Shown: piece by piece, positions 18,932 through 28,594 of the stretch
Numbering within the stretch: position 1 is the stretch's first letter
Layout: every line of letters begins with the position of its first letter
Assembly: GCA_964612335.1 (NCBI GenBank)
Contig: CAZTDU010000005.1
Location: 20,729-84,728, forward strand
From: an uncultured Enterobacteriaceae bacterium
Lineage (GTDB): Bacteria > Pseudomonadota > Gammaproteobacteria > Burkholderiales > SG8-39
Direction: 5' to 3'
DNA: 64,000 nt
Notes under the pieces: generated by a model
What the model was told of the DNA's origin: nothing
The model's input: only the letters and a program-made list of their open reading frames with translations
Databases searched by the model: none
Made by a program: the position numbers and the translations under genes

Positions 18932-20094
18932 CCGCCAGCGCCGGCCCTGGCAGGGGCATGCGGACCGAGGGGCGCCCACCCGCCGAGGAAGGCACGATAC
19001 CGCGACTCCGCCTCTGCGAGCACGGACTGAACGAGCGCTTCCCCGATGGGATCGCCCATTCGCCGCTGGCGAGCAACGAGCCACTCGAGGAGTTCGAATG
19101 CGTACTCGTTCTGCCCGAACATCTCCGCGAAGGCGGCAAGCTTCAGCAGCTTCGCGACGGAAAACTGTTCCGTTGGCATACCGCGGGCTTCAAGCTCGAT
19201 CGGATCCTTGAAATAGATTCCGTGCCCTTCGATCAGCTGCCCCCACAGCGGGTACAGGCCCGGCGCATGGCGCGCGGTGATCGGCGAGCGCGCCCGCCCC
19301 ATGTAGTGATGGCCGATGAGGTCGAAGAACGAAAAGCGATGCTGCCGCAGGAACGCATCGATGTCGGCGAAGAACGGACGATCCTTGTACGACTCCACGA
19401 ACGACACCTCGACCATCAATCCGATGGTGGCGTCGAGAAGCGGCCCAGAACCCTTCAGGATCTCCAGTTCGGAGCCCTGGACGTTCAGCTTCATGAAATC
19501 AAGGTCGTCGATGCCGTTCTCGGCGGCCCAGGCCTCCAGGCTGGTGACCTTCCACGTCGCGCGGGCGGTCGGGTAGAAGATGTCCATAGACAGGAACTTC
19601 TGCTCGCTGTTGGCGAACTTCCACCTGTCGGTCAGGCCGGTGTTCTGCTCGTAGAACGCACCGCCCCCCGGACTCTTGTTCTCGTAGAACGTCAGGTTGC
19701 CCGGCTTGCTCCACAGGCCCGCCGCGAAGTAGCGGTAGTCCAGGCCTCGCTCGGCGGCGATGCGATTGAGTTCCGCGACCTCCTTTTCGTCGGGCTCGAA
19801 CCCGTACAGGCGCACGCGTCGCGGTTCCAGCGACTGCCATCGCGGATCGGCAAGCGCTTCACGCGCCCCACCGTCCAGGATGATGAAGCGCTCTCGCGGG
19901 TCCACGGCGTCGGACACCAGGTCAGCGATGATGAAGCCTGCTCTGCGCGTGTAGCGGTCACGGAGCGCCTCTTGCGTTCCCTGTGCCGCAGTCAGGCGGG
20001 CTTCCGGCGTTGCCGGCGCAGGCGCGACGGCCTGTGCCGCGCTACCGCCGAACGCACGCCCCAGCCGACCTGCAAGCTTTGCAATCAATCCCAA
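18928..20094 (-). CDS. FkbM-family methyltransferase
   Basis: DDLDFMKLNVQGSELEILKG is the hallmark FkbM block. There is an N-terminal Rossmann-like region with ILDGGARE. Confidence 0.75.
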   Translation of the reverse strand: MGLIAKLAGRLGRAFGGSAAQAVAPAPATPEARLTAAQGTQEALRDRYTRRAGFIIADLVSDAVDPRERFIILDGGAREALADPRWQSLEPRRVRLYGFEPDEKEVAELNRIAAERGLDYRYFAAGLWSKPGNLTFYENKSPGGGAFYEQNTGLTDRWKFANSEQKFLSMDIFYPTARATWKVTSLEAWAAENGIDDLDFMKLNVQGSELEILKGSGPLLDATIGLMVEVSFVESYKDRPFFADIDAFLRQHRFSFFDLIGHHYMGRARSPITARHAPGLYPLWGQLIEGHGIYFKDPIELEARGMPTEQFSVAKLLKLAAFAEMFGQNEYAFELLEWLVARQRRMGDPIGEALVQSVLAEAESRYRAFLGGWAPLGPHAPARAGAGG

Positions 20095-20131
20095 GGAATT
20101 CCCCTTGCGGCGCCGGTCAACGTTGCCGAAA

Positions 20132-20944
20132 TCACCGATGCGCCGACAAACCCACCACCAGCAGCCGTCGAACGAACTTCACGCATGACCACGCATGGAG
20201 TATAGCGAGCAGCGGCCGGCCGATCGCTCCCTCGCGATGCAGCCAAGCGTAGTTGGCCAGCTCGGCCCGCTCCATCGCCCACAGCTGCGCGCTCAGCCCG
20301 CCGGCGCCGAAGTCCGCCTTGTGGTGCGCGGCGAGCGCCGCTTCGAGGCGCGCGGCGCGCGTGCCGCCGCGCGTGATGTCCAGCCACAGCCGGTGATCCT
20401 CCATGTGGCGCTGGCCTTCCGGGAATCGCCACGCGCAGTCGCGGCGCAGCATCGCCGCGCTAGTGACGAAGCGGTTACGCCACAGGAAGTCGCGGAACAC
20501 GAACATGCGCACCGGCGGCGCGTCCTGCACCGGGGCGGCGGCGATAGAGCCAGGGGTGACGACATGCAGATGGCCGCTCACGCAAGCCTGCGGGTGTGCG
20601 GACATCCATGCCGCCTGCAGTTCCAGCTTCCGCGGGTGCCAGGAATCGTCCGCGTCGAGGAAGGCGACGTACTCGCCGCTCGCCGCCTCCCAGCCGGCGT
20701 TGCGCGCGCTCGCGGCGCCGAGGTTCTCCGGCAGCGGGAGCACCCGCAATGCCGGGGTCTCCGTATGGCGGGCAGCGAAGGCCCGCAGCACGGCGAGCGT
20801 GCCGTCTCCGCTCGCGTCGTCCACCAGGATCACCTCGCGAGGGCGCGCGGTCTGCGCGAGAACCGACTCGAGCGCGCGCCCGATGGTGTCCGCGCAGCGG
20901 TAGCAGGGGATGACGACCGAAACCGGCACTTCGCGCGGCGGCAT
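20132..20944 (-). CDS. Family 2 glycosyltransferase
   Basis: VSVVIPCYRCADTIGRALESVLAQT, ILVDDASGDGT, NLGAASARNAGW, and AFLDADDSW (DxD). Confidence 0.85.
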   Translation of the reverse strand: MPPREVPVSVVIPCYRCADTIGRALESVLAQTARPREVILVDDASGDGTLAVLRAFAARHTETPALRVLPLPENLGAASARNAGWEAASGEYVAFLDADDSWHPRKLELQAAWMSAHPQACVSGHLHVVTPGSIAAAPVQDAPPVRMFVFRDFLWRNRFVTSAAMLRRDCAWRFPEGQRHMEDHRLWLDITRGGTRAARLEAALAAHHKADFGAGGLSAQLWAMERAELANYAWLHREGAIGRPLLAILHAWSCVKFVRRLLVVGLSAHR

Positions 20945-20950
20945 GTCGGC

Positions 20951-21871
20951 TCAGCCCGGCGGCGCCCCGGGTTCCATCTCGACGATCGACGCCGCGCCGC
21001 GCAAGGGCGCCCGGCCGGAACCGAGCCCGAGGCGGCCGAGCAGTCCCTTGAACCAGCCCGCCGCCGGCGCTCCCCCCTGCGTTGCCGCGAGCTGCGCCGC
21101 GGTCGCCGGCAGCATGTGCGCGGGCAGCTTCCAGTACAGGTTGTTCCAGAACACCACGCCCGCACCGTCGGCGGTCTCGTGGATGGTGTCCAGCGCCTCC
21201 GGCGCCGGCGCGGCCGCCGGCGCGGCGTGCAGCGGCGGCAGCACGAACTCGGAGAAGTAGCGATGGCTGTAGCCCATCATGCGCTCGAAGTGCGGGATCG
21301 ATTCCTCGACCATGCCGCGCGCGCGCAGGAAGCGCGCGTAGCGCACGTGGTGCACGCCGAAGCTGTCGCAGCGCGACACCGCCTCGCGGTAGTGCGCGAG
21401 CGCCTCGTCGCCGCGCCCCAGGTCCTCGAGCAGCGTCGCGCAATGCCAGTGCGCGTTCGCCGCGAGCTGCGCGTGCGGCTGCGCGCGCGGGTGCGCGGGA
21501 AGCGCCAGCGCCCGCCGGAAGGCGTCGATCGCCTCATCTACCGCGCCGGCAGACTGGCGCAGCCGCGCCAGGCCGAACCAGGCTTCGGCCAGGCGCTCGT
21601 CCGCGCGCAGCGCGTCGCGGTAGTGCCGCTCGGCGACCGCACGCGGCGGCTCGCCGGCTGACAGAGCGCGCAAGCCTTCCAGGTATGCCGGCTCGCCCGC
21701 CGGCAGATCCGCGTTGCGCGCATAGGCCTCGACCGTATCCAGCAGCAGCGCCAGGCGGTGGAACGCCGCTCCGGCGTGCAGCTCGACGAGCGCCGGCTGC
21801 GTCGCGTCCGGCGCCGGGTAGCCCAGCGCCGCCAGCAGCGGATCGACGGGCGCGTCCGGCACGCCGCTCAC
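20951..21871 (-). CDS. TPR-repeat protein, unknown function
   Basis: GTG start 21871 overlaps the upstream stop (GTGA). TPR-like repeats (AEAWFGLARLRQSAGAVDEAIDAFRRAL.., GRGDEALAHYREAV). The C-terminal motif VVFWNNLYWKLP is shared with 27191..28135. Confidence 0.5.
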   Translation of the reverse strand: MSGVPDAPVDPLLAALGYPAPDATQPALVELHAGAAFHRLALLLDTVEAYARNADLPAGEPAYLEGLRALSAGEPPRAVAERHYRDALRADERLAEAWFGLARLRQSAGAVDEAIDAFRRALALPAHPRAQPHAQLAANAHWHCATLLEDLGRGDEALAHYREAVSRCDSFGVHHVRYARFLRARGMVEESIPHFERMMGYSHRYFSEFVLPPLHAAPAAAPAPEALDTIHETADGAGVVFWNNLYWKLPAHMLPATAAQLAATQGGAPAAGWFKGLLGRLGLGSGRAPLRGAASIVEMEPGAPPG

Positions 21872-23124
21872 GGCGCCCGCGCGACCAGCCCGCGCTCCTG
21901 CACCGCGTCCGCGATCAGCACGGCGATGCGGCGCGACATGGGCGCGGTGTAGTGGAAGGCATCCACGTACAGGGGTTCGGCGAGGTCCTGCTGCATGTCC
22001 GCCGCCCACACGAAGGCGTCGCCCAGCGGCGCGGCGGCGCCGGATTCGCGCATCATCGGGTAGCCGAGCTTGGAGTTGACGTGGCAGTGCAGCCGGTCCG
22101 GGTTGAACACGTGGTGGCGCAGGTCGTACTTGTAGGTCGGGATCGGCTGCCACACGAACACCGGCACGATGCCGTAGTCCCGCGCGATCGCCTTCGCCTG
22201 GCGCATATTGTTCACGTAGCGCTGGATCACCGCGCGCCGCGTCGATTCCGGTTCCGGCACGTCCGGCGTCGCCGCCACCGGCGCGGCGACGTACTGCGGC
22301 ACCGCTTCGCCAAAGGCGCGGTCCAGCGCCGCGTTGGTCAGGCGCATCAGCGGCATGGTACGCACGAACTCGGTCAGGTTCTCCCACCTGGTCACGGCGC
22401 CGTGACCCGCCACCTCGCGCTGATACCTGGTATTGCTTTCATTGAAGTAGGTGGCGAGCGCCTGCCAGCTGGACGGCTGGCCGTCGTGATAGCAAAAGTC
22501 GTTCAGGCCGTCGAGGAACACCGCCATGTCCGGGCGATGGCCGGCGGAGAGCAGCCGCTGGAACAGGATCAGTTCCTGCGTCGACTGGTAGCCCGAGCGG
22601 CCGAAGTTGTACACCCGCGCCGGCTTCGCTGCGAGCCCGCGGCGGTTCATCTCCTGCTGCAGGTAGGACGCCACCGTCGCCCAGTACGGGCCGACGCCGA
22701 ACGAAGTCGAGCCGCCAAAGAAGAACACGTTGTAGTGCTCGCCCGACAGCGGCCAGGGCCCGTTGTCGCGCACCTTGCGGTAGCCTTCCTCGGCGACGCC
22801 GTAGTAGCGCCCGTCCAGCGCGTGGGAACGAAAGTGGACGTAGCTCTCGAAGCGCGCGCCGGCTTTGTAGAACTCGTCCCACATCGGCTTCACCTCGTCG
22901 GCCGATTGCAGGTCGTACCACAGCACGGCGTTCGCCGGGCTGATCATCGCCTCGCGCACCGCGCGCGTGTTCTCGTTGATGCGGTCCTGCGGTGTCATGA
23001 GCAAATCCGGATTGGCGCGCAGCCACCTGCCGGCCGCCGCGTTCAGCAACAGCACGACGATCACTGCCATCAGCAGGCTCACGCTGATGGATACCACGGC
23101 TGCCGTGAACCAGTTGCGCTTCAA
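21868..23124 (-). CDS. Membrane-anchored SGNH-hydrolase-like protein (subfamily B)
   Basis: TTG start with TM anchor (MKRNWFTAAVVSISVSLLMAVIVVLLL). Blocks FFGGSTSFG, NFGRSGYQSTQ, FLDGLNDF, and VDAFHYT (DxxH). Confidence 0.55.
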   Translation of the reverse strand: MKRNWFTAAVVSISVSLLMAVIVVLLLNAAAGRWLRANPDLLMTPQDRINENTRAVREAMISPANAVLWYDLQSADEVKPMWDEFYKAGARFESYVHFRSHALDGRYYGVAEEGYRKVRDNGPWPLSGEHYNVFFFGGSTSFGVGPYWATVASYLQQEMNRRGLAAKPARVYNFGRSGYQSTQELILFQRLLSAGHRPDMAVFLDGLNDFCYHDGQPSSWQALATYFNESNTRYQREVAGHGAVTRWENLTEFVRTMPLMRLTNAALDRAFGEAVPQYVAAPVAATPDVPEPESTRRAVIQRYVNNMRQAKAIARDYGIVPVFVWQPIPTYKYDLRHHVFNPDRLHCHVNSKLGYPMMRESGAAAPLGDAFVWAADMQQDLAEPLYVDAFHYTAPMSRRIAVLIADAVQERGLVARAP

Positions 23125-24473
23125 GCGAGTAGCCTGTCGATCACGCGCACCGCGACGCCGTCGACGTCCCGCGCCGCGCCGGTGGCCGCGGCGCCGACCG
23201 GCGCTTCCCTTCCGTCCAGCATCCGCCGCCTGCCCGGCAGCGCGTCCACGCCGCCTCGCGCGACGTGCGCGCGCAGGAACGCCGACAGCGCGGCTTCGGC
23301 GCCAGGCGCCAGCAGGCGCGCGACGCGCGCCCGCGCCGCTTCGTCGAACGCGGCGTCCGCCGGCGCGAACACGGTGAGCGGCACGTCCTCACGCCATCGC
23401 GAGGCGAGCGGCGTCGCCTCCAGCGCCAGCGCGAGGATGCCGGCTGCGCGCGCGCAGCCGAGCTCGCGCAGCGCGGCCCACAGCCGCTGCGCGATGCGGC
23501 GCACCTCGACTTCGCGCATGGCGCGGTCGGAAGCCACCCGCGCGCGCCGCCACGCGCGGCCGCGTGCGGTGCCGCAGCGCCAGGTCACGCGCCGGCGCGC
23601 GAAGGTACGCGTCTGCGTGGTGTCGTTCCACGGGTGCAGCGTCGAGCGCGCGAGGTCTGCGGGCGCTACTTCGTGGTCGACGATGATGTTGCCGAAGTAC
23701 TTGGGCAGCGCGTCCACGCTCAGCATGCCCATGTCTTCTGGCCCGCTGGAGAAGTGAATGCCTTCGCGGTCCTCGGCGCCGCCGGCATACCACAGGAAGG
23801 TGATCGGGCAGCGGCGCGGGTCGAACGCGAACAGCTCGCGCACCGCGAAGCGCGACACGAAGCCCTCAGGCCCCGCCGGCCAGTAGCCTTCCAGCGCCGG
23901 GCGCCCGTGCGGGCTGCCGGGCATGGCCAGCGCGGTCAGCGGGTGCAGGTGGCGGCGCCCGAGCTCGGCCAGTCCCTCGGCCGGGATGCGGATGCTGTCG
24001 TCCCCGGCCACGCGAAAGCGCGCCTGCGCCTCCGGCAGGCATGTTTCCTTCGCCACCTGCAGGAAGGGCACGGCGATCGCCTTGCTGCGGCCCTCAGCCA
24101 TGACTTCGCCGCAGCGCCGGAACGTGCCGTCCGACCACAGCGTGTCCGGCGGCACGAACACCGCTACCGCGCCCGCGCGCAGCGCCTCGGCCGCGGTCTT
24201 GTGGAACCAGTGCACGTGGTACGAAACGTCCGGCGTGCGCTCGCCCAGCGGGGAAACGAACTCGGTCTGCACCAGCCGGGCCAGCCGCTGCCAGTGCGCA
24301 CTCGCCTCGACGCGCGCGCGGTCGCGCCGTGTGGTGTGGACGCGGTAGCTCACCTGGTGCGCGGCGGCGAGCGCGGGCAGGTTGCCGGCCGACAGCAGGT
24401 TAGGCAAGGTCATGTCGAGGAACAGGCCGGTGTGCTCCTCGCCCCAGACGTTGGTGATGACGTGGAAGAGCAC
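23121..24473 (-). CDS. Uncharacterised protein: novel VWG(E/D) N-terminal domain + FAS1 (fasciclin)-like C-terminal domain (paralogue 1)
   Basis: GTG start. HVITNVWGEEH..LPNLLSAGNLPAL..VFVPPDTLWSDGTF..HLHPL, and the C-terminal PLTVFAPADAAFDE..FLRAHV (FAS1-like H1/H-box). No signal peptide or TM is evident. Confidence 0.6.
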   Translation of the reverse strand: MLFHVITNVWGEEHTGLFLDMTLPNLLSAGNLPALAAAHQVSYRVHTTRRDRARVEASAHWQRLARLVQTEFVSPLGERTPDVSYHVHWFHKTAAEALRAGAVAVFVPPDTLWSDGTFRRCGEVMAEGRSKAIAVPFLQVAKETCLPEAQARFRVAGDDSIRIPAEGLAELGRRHLHPLTALAMPGSPHGRPALEGYWPAGPEGFVSRFAVRELFAFDPRRCPITFLWYAGGAEDREGIHFSSGPEDMGMLSVDALPKYFGNIIVDHEVAPADLARSTLHPWNDTTQTRTFARRRVTWRCGTARGRAWRRARVASDRAMREVEVRRIAQRLWAALRELGCARAAGILALALEATPLASRWREDVPLTVFAPADAAFDEAARARVARLLAPGAEAALSAFLRAHVARGGVDALPGRRRMLDGREAPVGAAATGAARDVDGVAVRVIDRLLA

Positions 24474-24488
24474 CGCGCGCGCCCGGCC

Positions 24489-27062
24489 TCAGTCCGTGTA
24501 CGGCGGCTTCCAGCCGTAGTTCCATGCGGCGAGGTCCACGTCCAGCGGCGCCTCGCTGCGCTTCAGCGCCATCACCGCGTTGGCGTCGAAGTCGCCGCCG
24601 CGCCCGGACGGGTCGTAGAACGGGATGCCGGCGGCGAACGCGTCGCGGATCGGCGCCGGATCGCGCCCCTCGGGCACGTAGGCGATGAAGGGCTCCTGCA
24701 TCGCCTGCACGAACCCCGCCTGCGCGAAAGCCGCGGCGATCTGCTCCGGGGAATTCTGCGCGGTCATGCCGGTGCTGAAATACGCGAACACGCCCACCGG
24801 GGAACCTTCCAGCATCCTGCGCGAGATGTGCAGCACGTGCTTCAGCGCGAGCGGGCTCATCTCGCCGAGGTTGGAATTCGAGTACACCACGTCGGCGCGC
24901 ACCGGGCAGCGCTGCAGAAAGCGCACGTACTGCCACCACGGCAGGTGCACGATGCGCGCGTCGCGCGACGGCGCGAACTCCGACTGCGCGGCAGTTTCGG
25001 CGAAGTCGCCGCCGGCAACCGCCTGCAACAGGTAGTGCTGCCACAGGTACAGCGACTGCGTGATGTCGTAGGCCATGTAACGATGGCCCGCCACCGCCAT
25101 CATCGCGCCGATGTAGGCGGCGCCCGGCCCCACCTCGAACAGCGACAGCGGCGTGCGCCGGTAAGCCTTCGCGATCTGCGACATGACGCGGAACGGCCCG
25201 ATCTGCACCAGCAGGTTGGTCACCGGCTTGATCGCGCGGCCGAAATCCGCCAGCAGCGCCGAGGCGACGCGTTGTCGCAGCGTGGCCAGCAGCGCGCGCT
25301 CATCGGCGGTGAAGCGGTTGACGTAGCCCACCGGCGCGAAGGTCGCGCCCGGCTCGAACAGGCCGGGCACCTCGGCCTCGGAGTTGTGGTCGGCGTAACG
25401 CAGCACGGCGCGCATGGTGTCGATGCGCGTCGGGTACGAGTGCCGCTCGAAGGTCACCGGCTGGAACGCCATCAGCACCGGGATCGGCAGCTCCTCGACG
25501 CCCCGGCGCTCGAGCGCGTCGTAGCGCGCGGGCGTCAGGTCGCGCGCGTCGGCTTCCTCCGCCGGGGGCACGAGCGCAGCAGGGGCGGCGCGCGGCGTCG
25601 GCGCGGAAGCGGTCGCTGCGGGCGCCGCGCGGCTCGCCGGTGCCGCCAGCAGGCCGTCGAGCAGGTAGACCAGTTGCTTGCCGCTCTGGAACGGGCCGCC
25701 GGCCACCCGCAGGTCGTTGACCGTCAGGCTGCCGCCGGCACGCAACACGACCCTGGACCCGTCCGCCATGCGCAGCTCGGCGCTGGTGCGCAGGCCCAGC
25801 AGCTCCTCCAGCTTGCGCGGCCGCCCTGTGCCCTCGTTCGGCACCAGGTGCGCGCGCAGGAAGCGGCCCAGCGACACCGCGCCGTTGGGGCCGTGCATGC
25901 GCTCGATCTCGCCGGTCGGGATGTCCCAGTAGGCGCGATTCACCGGCAGGAACACCACGCCGCCGCCGCGGCCGGCCGCCGCGCGCGACATCACGCCGCT
26001 CGCTGCCGCGGTGGCGATCAGGCGCGCGGACACGCCGCAGGATTGCGAGCGCGCGGTGCGCCACAGGTAGCGCGCCTCGCGCAGCACCGCGGCGCGGTGC
26101 AGGAACAGGTCGGACCCCGCCTCCCTGGCCCGCCATGCGCGCTCGGTGACGGGGCGCTCGTGCCAGCGCAGCTTGGCGGCCGTGATGAAATCGTTCGCCC
26201 AGCTGTCGTAGCCGTGCCACCAGTCGGCTACCTCGTCGGGGTCAGCCGAGCGCGGCCAGCGGTACCACGCGAACTCCTTGTCCCCCGGCGCGAGGCTGAC
26301 GCCGAACAGGTCGTCCGAATCCTCGATGACGTGCATCTCCGCCGGATCCATCGGGGAATCGAGCAGGTTCGATTCGTTCAGCTTCACGCGCGCCGGGTCG
26401 TAGACGAACATCTCGCGCGCCAGCATGCGGCACAGCAGGCCCTCGCCCGGCACCGCCCACAGCATCATCTCGGGATGGATGGGAAAGTGCTCGCTGTCGC
26501 GCAGGTACGCGGCCATCAGCGGGTGCAGCGTGCGCAGCGCGATGCCGACCAGCTCCTGCCCGGTGAGGGACAAGGCAAGGCCGTCCCCGCTGCGCCGCGC
26601 GCCGAGCGCGGCCGAGAAGCTCTCGCTCTCGGCGCGCAGGTAGGTCATGAAGATCGCGCTCTTGCCCGCCTCAAGCAGGCGGCCGACGTGCGCGAACGAA
26701 CCGTCCGACCAGGCGACGTCCGGCGGCATCAGCAGGATGTAGCTGCCGGCGCGCTTGGCGCGCTCGTTGGCATCGGCCCAGTACTCGTGGTGCGCCTCGA
26801 TCGGCGCCTGCAGCGCCCGCGCCGAGATGGTCTGGAACTCCAGCTTTGCGAGCGACTGCAGCGCCTGCACCTGGGGCGCCGCGCGCAGGCGCGGCAGGTC
26901 GGCCGCACTGGTGTAGATGACGTACTCGAGCTCGCAGGTACGCGCCAGGGCGGGGAAGTTCCCGCGCGCCAGCAGCGTCGGGAGGTTCAGCTCGAGCAGC
27001 CGCGAAATGTGCCAGTCGCCCCACACCGCGGTGGCGACGAGAAGCCGGTTCTTGTTTGCCAT
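24489..27062 (-). CDS. 857-aa multidomain protein: VWG(D) domain + FAS1-like domain + Ala/Pro linker + methyltransferase-fold domain (paralogue 2)
   Basis: Starts at MANKNRLLVATAVWGDWH. LPTLLARGNFPAL, LLMPPDVAWSDGSF, LHPL. The middle region has VVFLPVNRAYWDI..FLRAHLVP, the linker is APASRAAPAATASAPTPRAAPAA, and the C-terminus has LFEVGPGAAYIG..HLPWWQY..VYSNSNLGEMS. Confidence 0.6.
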   Translation of the reverse strand: MANKNRLLVATAVWGDWHISRLLELNLPTLLARGNFPALARTCELEYVIYTSAADLPRLRAAPQVQALQSLAKLEFQTISARALQAPIEAHHEYWADANERAKRAGSYILLMPPDVAWSDGSFAHVGRLLEAGKSAIFMTYLRAESESFSAALGARRSGDGLALSLTGQELVGIALRTLHPLMAAYLRDSEHFPIHPEMMLWAVPGEGLLCRMLAREMFVYDPARVKLNESNLLDSPMDPAEMHVIEDSDDLFGVSLAPGDKEFAWYRWPRSADPDEVADWWHGYDSWANDFITAAKLRWHERPVTERAWRAREAGSDLFLHRAAVLREARYLWRTARSQSCGVSARLIATAAASGVMSRAAAGRGGGVVFLPVNRAYWDIPTGEIERMHGPNGAVSLGRFLRAHLVPNEGTGRPRKLEELLGLRTSAELRMADGSRVVLRAGGSLTVNDLRVAGGPFQSGKQLVYLLDGLLAAPASRAAPAATASAPTPRAAPAALVPPAEEADARDLTPARYDALERRGVEELPIPVLMAFQPVTFERHSYPTRIDTMRAVLRYADHNSEAEVPGLFEPGATFAPVGYVNRFTADERALLATLRQRVASALLADFGRAIKPVTNLLVQIGPFRVMSQIAKAYRRTPLSLFEVGPGAAYIGAMMAVAGHRYMAYDITQSLYLWQHYLLQAVAGGDFAETAAQSEFAPSRDARIVHLPWWQYVRFLQRCPVRADVVYSNSNLGEMSPLALKHVLHISRRMLEGSPVGVFAYFSTGMTAQNSPEQIAAAFAQAGFVQAMQEPFIAYVPEGRDPAPIRDAFAAGIPFYDPSGRGGDFDANAVMALKRSEAPLDVDLAAWNYGWKPPYTD

Positions 27063-27190
27063 CAACCTTGCCAGAGCGGCCGGGCCGCGGCGCCATCCCT
27101 CTGAGAGTGTGCGGCGATGATAACATCGCGCCTTCGGGGGAACGCAGTGCGCTGCATCCCCGCCCACCCGATACCCGAGCAGAAGCCCGC
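27063..27190. promoter_or_regulatory. Divergent intergenic region (promoters inferred)
   Basis: A 128-bp gap between the minus-strand operon starting at 27062 and the plus-strand operon starting at 27191. No consensus boxes were identified by eye. Confidence 0.25.
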
Positions 27191-28135
27191 ATGGACAACG
27201 CACTGGAGCTTGCAGATACCTCGCGCGAGGTGATGCGCGGCTTCCTGCGCGCCATGGGGTGGCGGCGCGAGGACTGCCGCTCGCTGGACGTCGGGGACGG
27301 GCCGCTGGCGCGGCCCGAGCCGCGGCTCGCGATTGCGGCCGACCTGGCGCGGCGCGAGGGCGCGGGCCGGCTCGCCATCGAGACCATGCTGCAGGTCGCG
27401 CTGAGGCTGGACCAGCGCGGCGCACCGACCGCAGACCTGGAGACTGCGCTGCCGGAATGGTTGCTCAACACGCATGCGCACGCCTGCCTGCTGCTCGCCC
27501 GCGCGCTGCTGCGCGACGGCAGGGCAACCGAGGCTGAGGCGCTGCTGCGCAAGGCGCTGGTGCTCAACGACGCCTTCGGCGCGGCGCAGCGCGAGCTCGG
27601 GCTGCTGCTGCGCGCGCAGGACCGGCTTGAGGACGCTTCCGCCGCGCTGGAATCCGCGCTGGCGACGCGCCGGCGCATCGCCTTCGACGGCAGGATCGAT
27701 TCCCGGGACCCGGTGCTGGTGGCGCAGCCGAACGACGCGGTCGAGATCTTCTACTACGCGGGCACGTTCTACGTCGTGCCGCGCGACGCGAGCCTGGCCG
27801 GCGCGCGGGCGATCGCCGGCGAGCTGTACGCGGTCAGGCGCAACGCCAGCTACCGAGTGGTGCGCGAGCTGGTCCACCTGCCGCTGCTGCGCTCGCTGTA
27901 CCGCCTGCGGCACGGCAAGGGCAAGGGCAAGGGCGAGGACGAGGCGCGCCGCGCCCGGCTGCCGGGCTTCCTGCGCCCGCTTGCGCGCGCGGCGAGGCAC
28001 GGCGTGCGCAGCGGGCTGCGCCGCGCGGCGCTGGCACTGTTCGCCGAGCCTATCGAGCACCGGGCCGCCACCCTGATCGAGGCGATCGAGCTGGCCGAGC
28101 AGCGCTTGCCGCGCCGTGGCGGCACCGCGGCCTGA
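27191..28135 (+). CDS. TPR-like repeat protein, unknown function
   Basis: Starts at MDNALELAD. TPR-like LLLARALLRDGRATEAEALLRKALVLND.. and LLLRAQDRLEDASAALESAL. The C-terminal motif VEIFYYAGTFYVVP and a KGKGKGEDE stretch. Confidence 0.5.
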   Translation: MDNALELADTSREVMRGFLRAMGWRREDCRSLDVGDGPLARPEPRLAIAADLARREGAGRLAIETMLQVALRLDQRGAPTADLETALPEWLLNTHAHACLLLARALLRDGRATEAEALLRKALVLNDAFGAAQRELGLLLRAQDRLEDASAALESALATRRRIAFDGRIDSRDPVLVAQPNDAVEIFYYAGTFYVVPRDASLAGARAIAGELYAVRRNASYRVVRELVHLPLLRSLYRLRHGKGKGKGEDEARRARLPGFLRPLARAARHGVRSGLRRAALALFAEPIEHRAATLIEAIELAEQRLPRRGGTAA

Positions 28136-28157
28136 TCCGGCCGGGCCGCGGAACACC

Positions 28158-28583
28158 ATGAGCGAATCCCACGAGAACCTGGCGCGCACGGACGACACCA
28201 AGGCCGGCTCCGAGCGCGGCTTCGGCTTCGTGTTCGCCGCGGTGTGCGCGCTCGTCGGCATCTGGCTGCTGTGGCGCGGCCGCGAGGCGTTCTGGTACTG
28301 GGCCTGGGCGGCGGTGGCGTTCGCGCTGCTGGCGATCGCCGCGCCGAAGGTTCTGCGGCCGCTGAACCTGCTGTGGTTCAAGTTCGGCATGCTGCTGCAC
28401 CACATCGTCACGCCGGTCGTGCTCGGGCTGATGTTCTACACCGTGTTCCTGCCGATCGGCCTGTGGATGCGCCTGATCGGCAAGCGGCCGCTCGGGCTGC
28501 GCTTCGATCCGGGCGCGAAGAGCTACTGGGTGGAGCGCAAGCCCCCCGGCCCGCCGCCGGAATCCTTCAACAACCAGTTCTGA
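28158..28583 (+). CDS. SxtJ-like small membrane protein
   Basis: About 141 aa with hydrophobic helices (FGFVFAAVCALVGIWLL, AVAFALLAIAAP, VVLGLMFYTVFLPIGLWM). Its position immediately upstream of a carbamoyltransferase resembles the sxtI-J-K neighbourhood. Confidence 0.55.
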   Translation: MSESHENLARTDDTKAGSERGFGFVFAAVCALVGIWLLWRGREAFWYWAWAAVAFALLAIAAPKVLRPLNLLWFKFGMLLHHIVTPVVLGLMFYTVFLPIGLWMRLIGKRPLGLRFDPGAKSYWVERKPPGPPPESFNNQF

Positions 28584-28594
28584 GTCGAACCTAC

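Noticed and set aside
27914-27934. Tandem hexanucleotide repeat (GGCAAG)x3 + GGC
   Set aside because: It has only three units and is in frame (KGKGKG) within the TPR protein. It is too short to call a VNTR or contingency locus.
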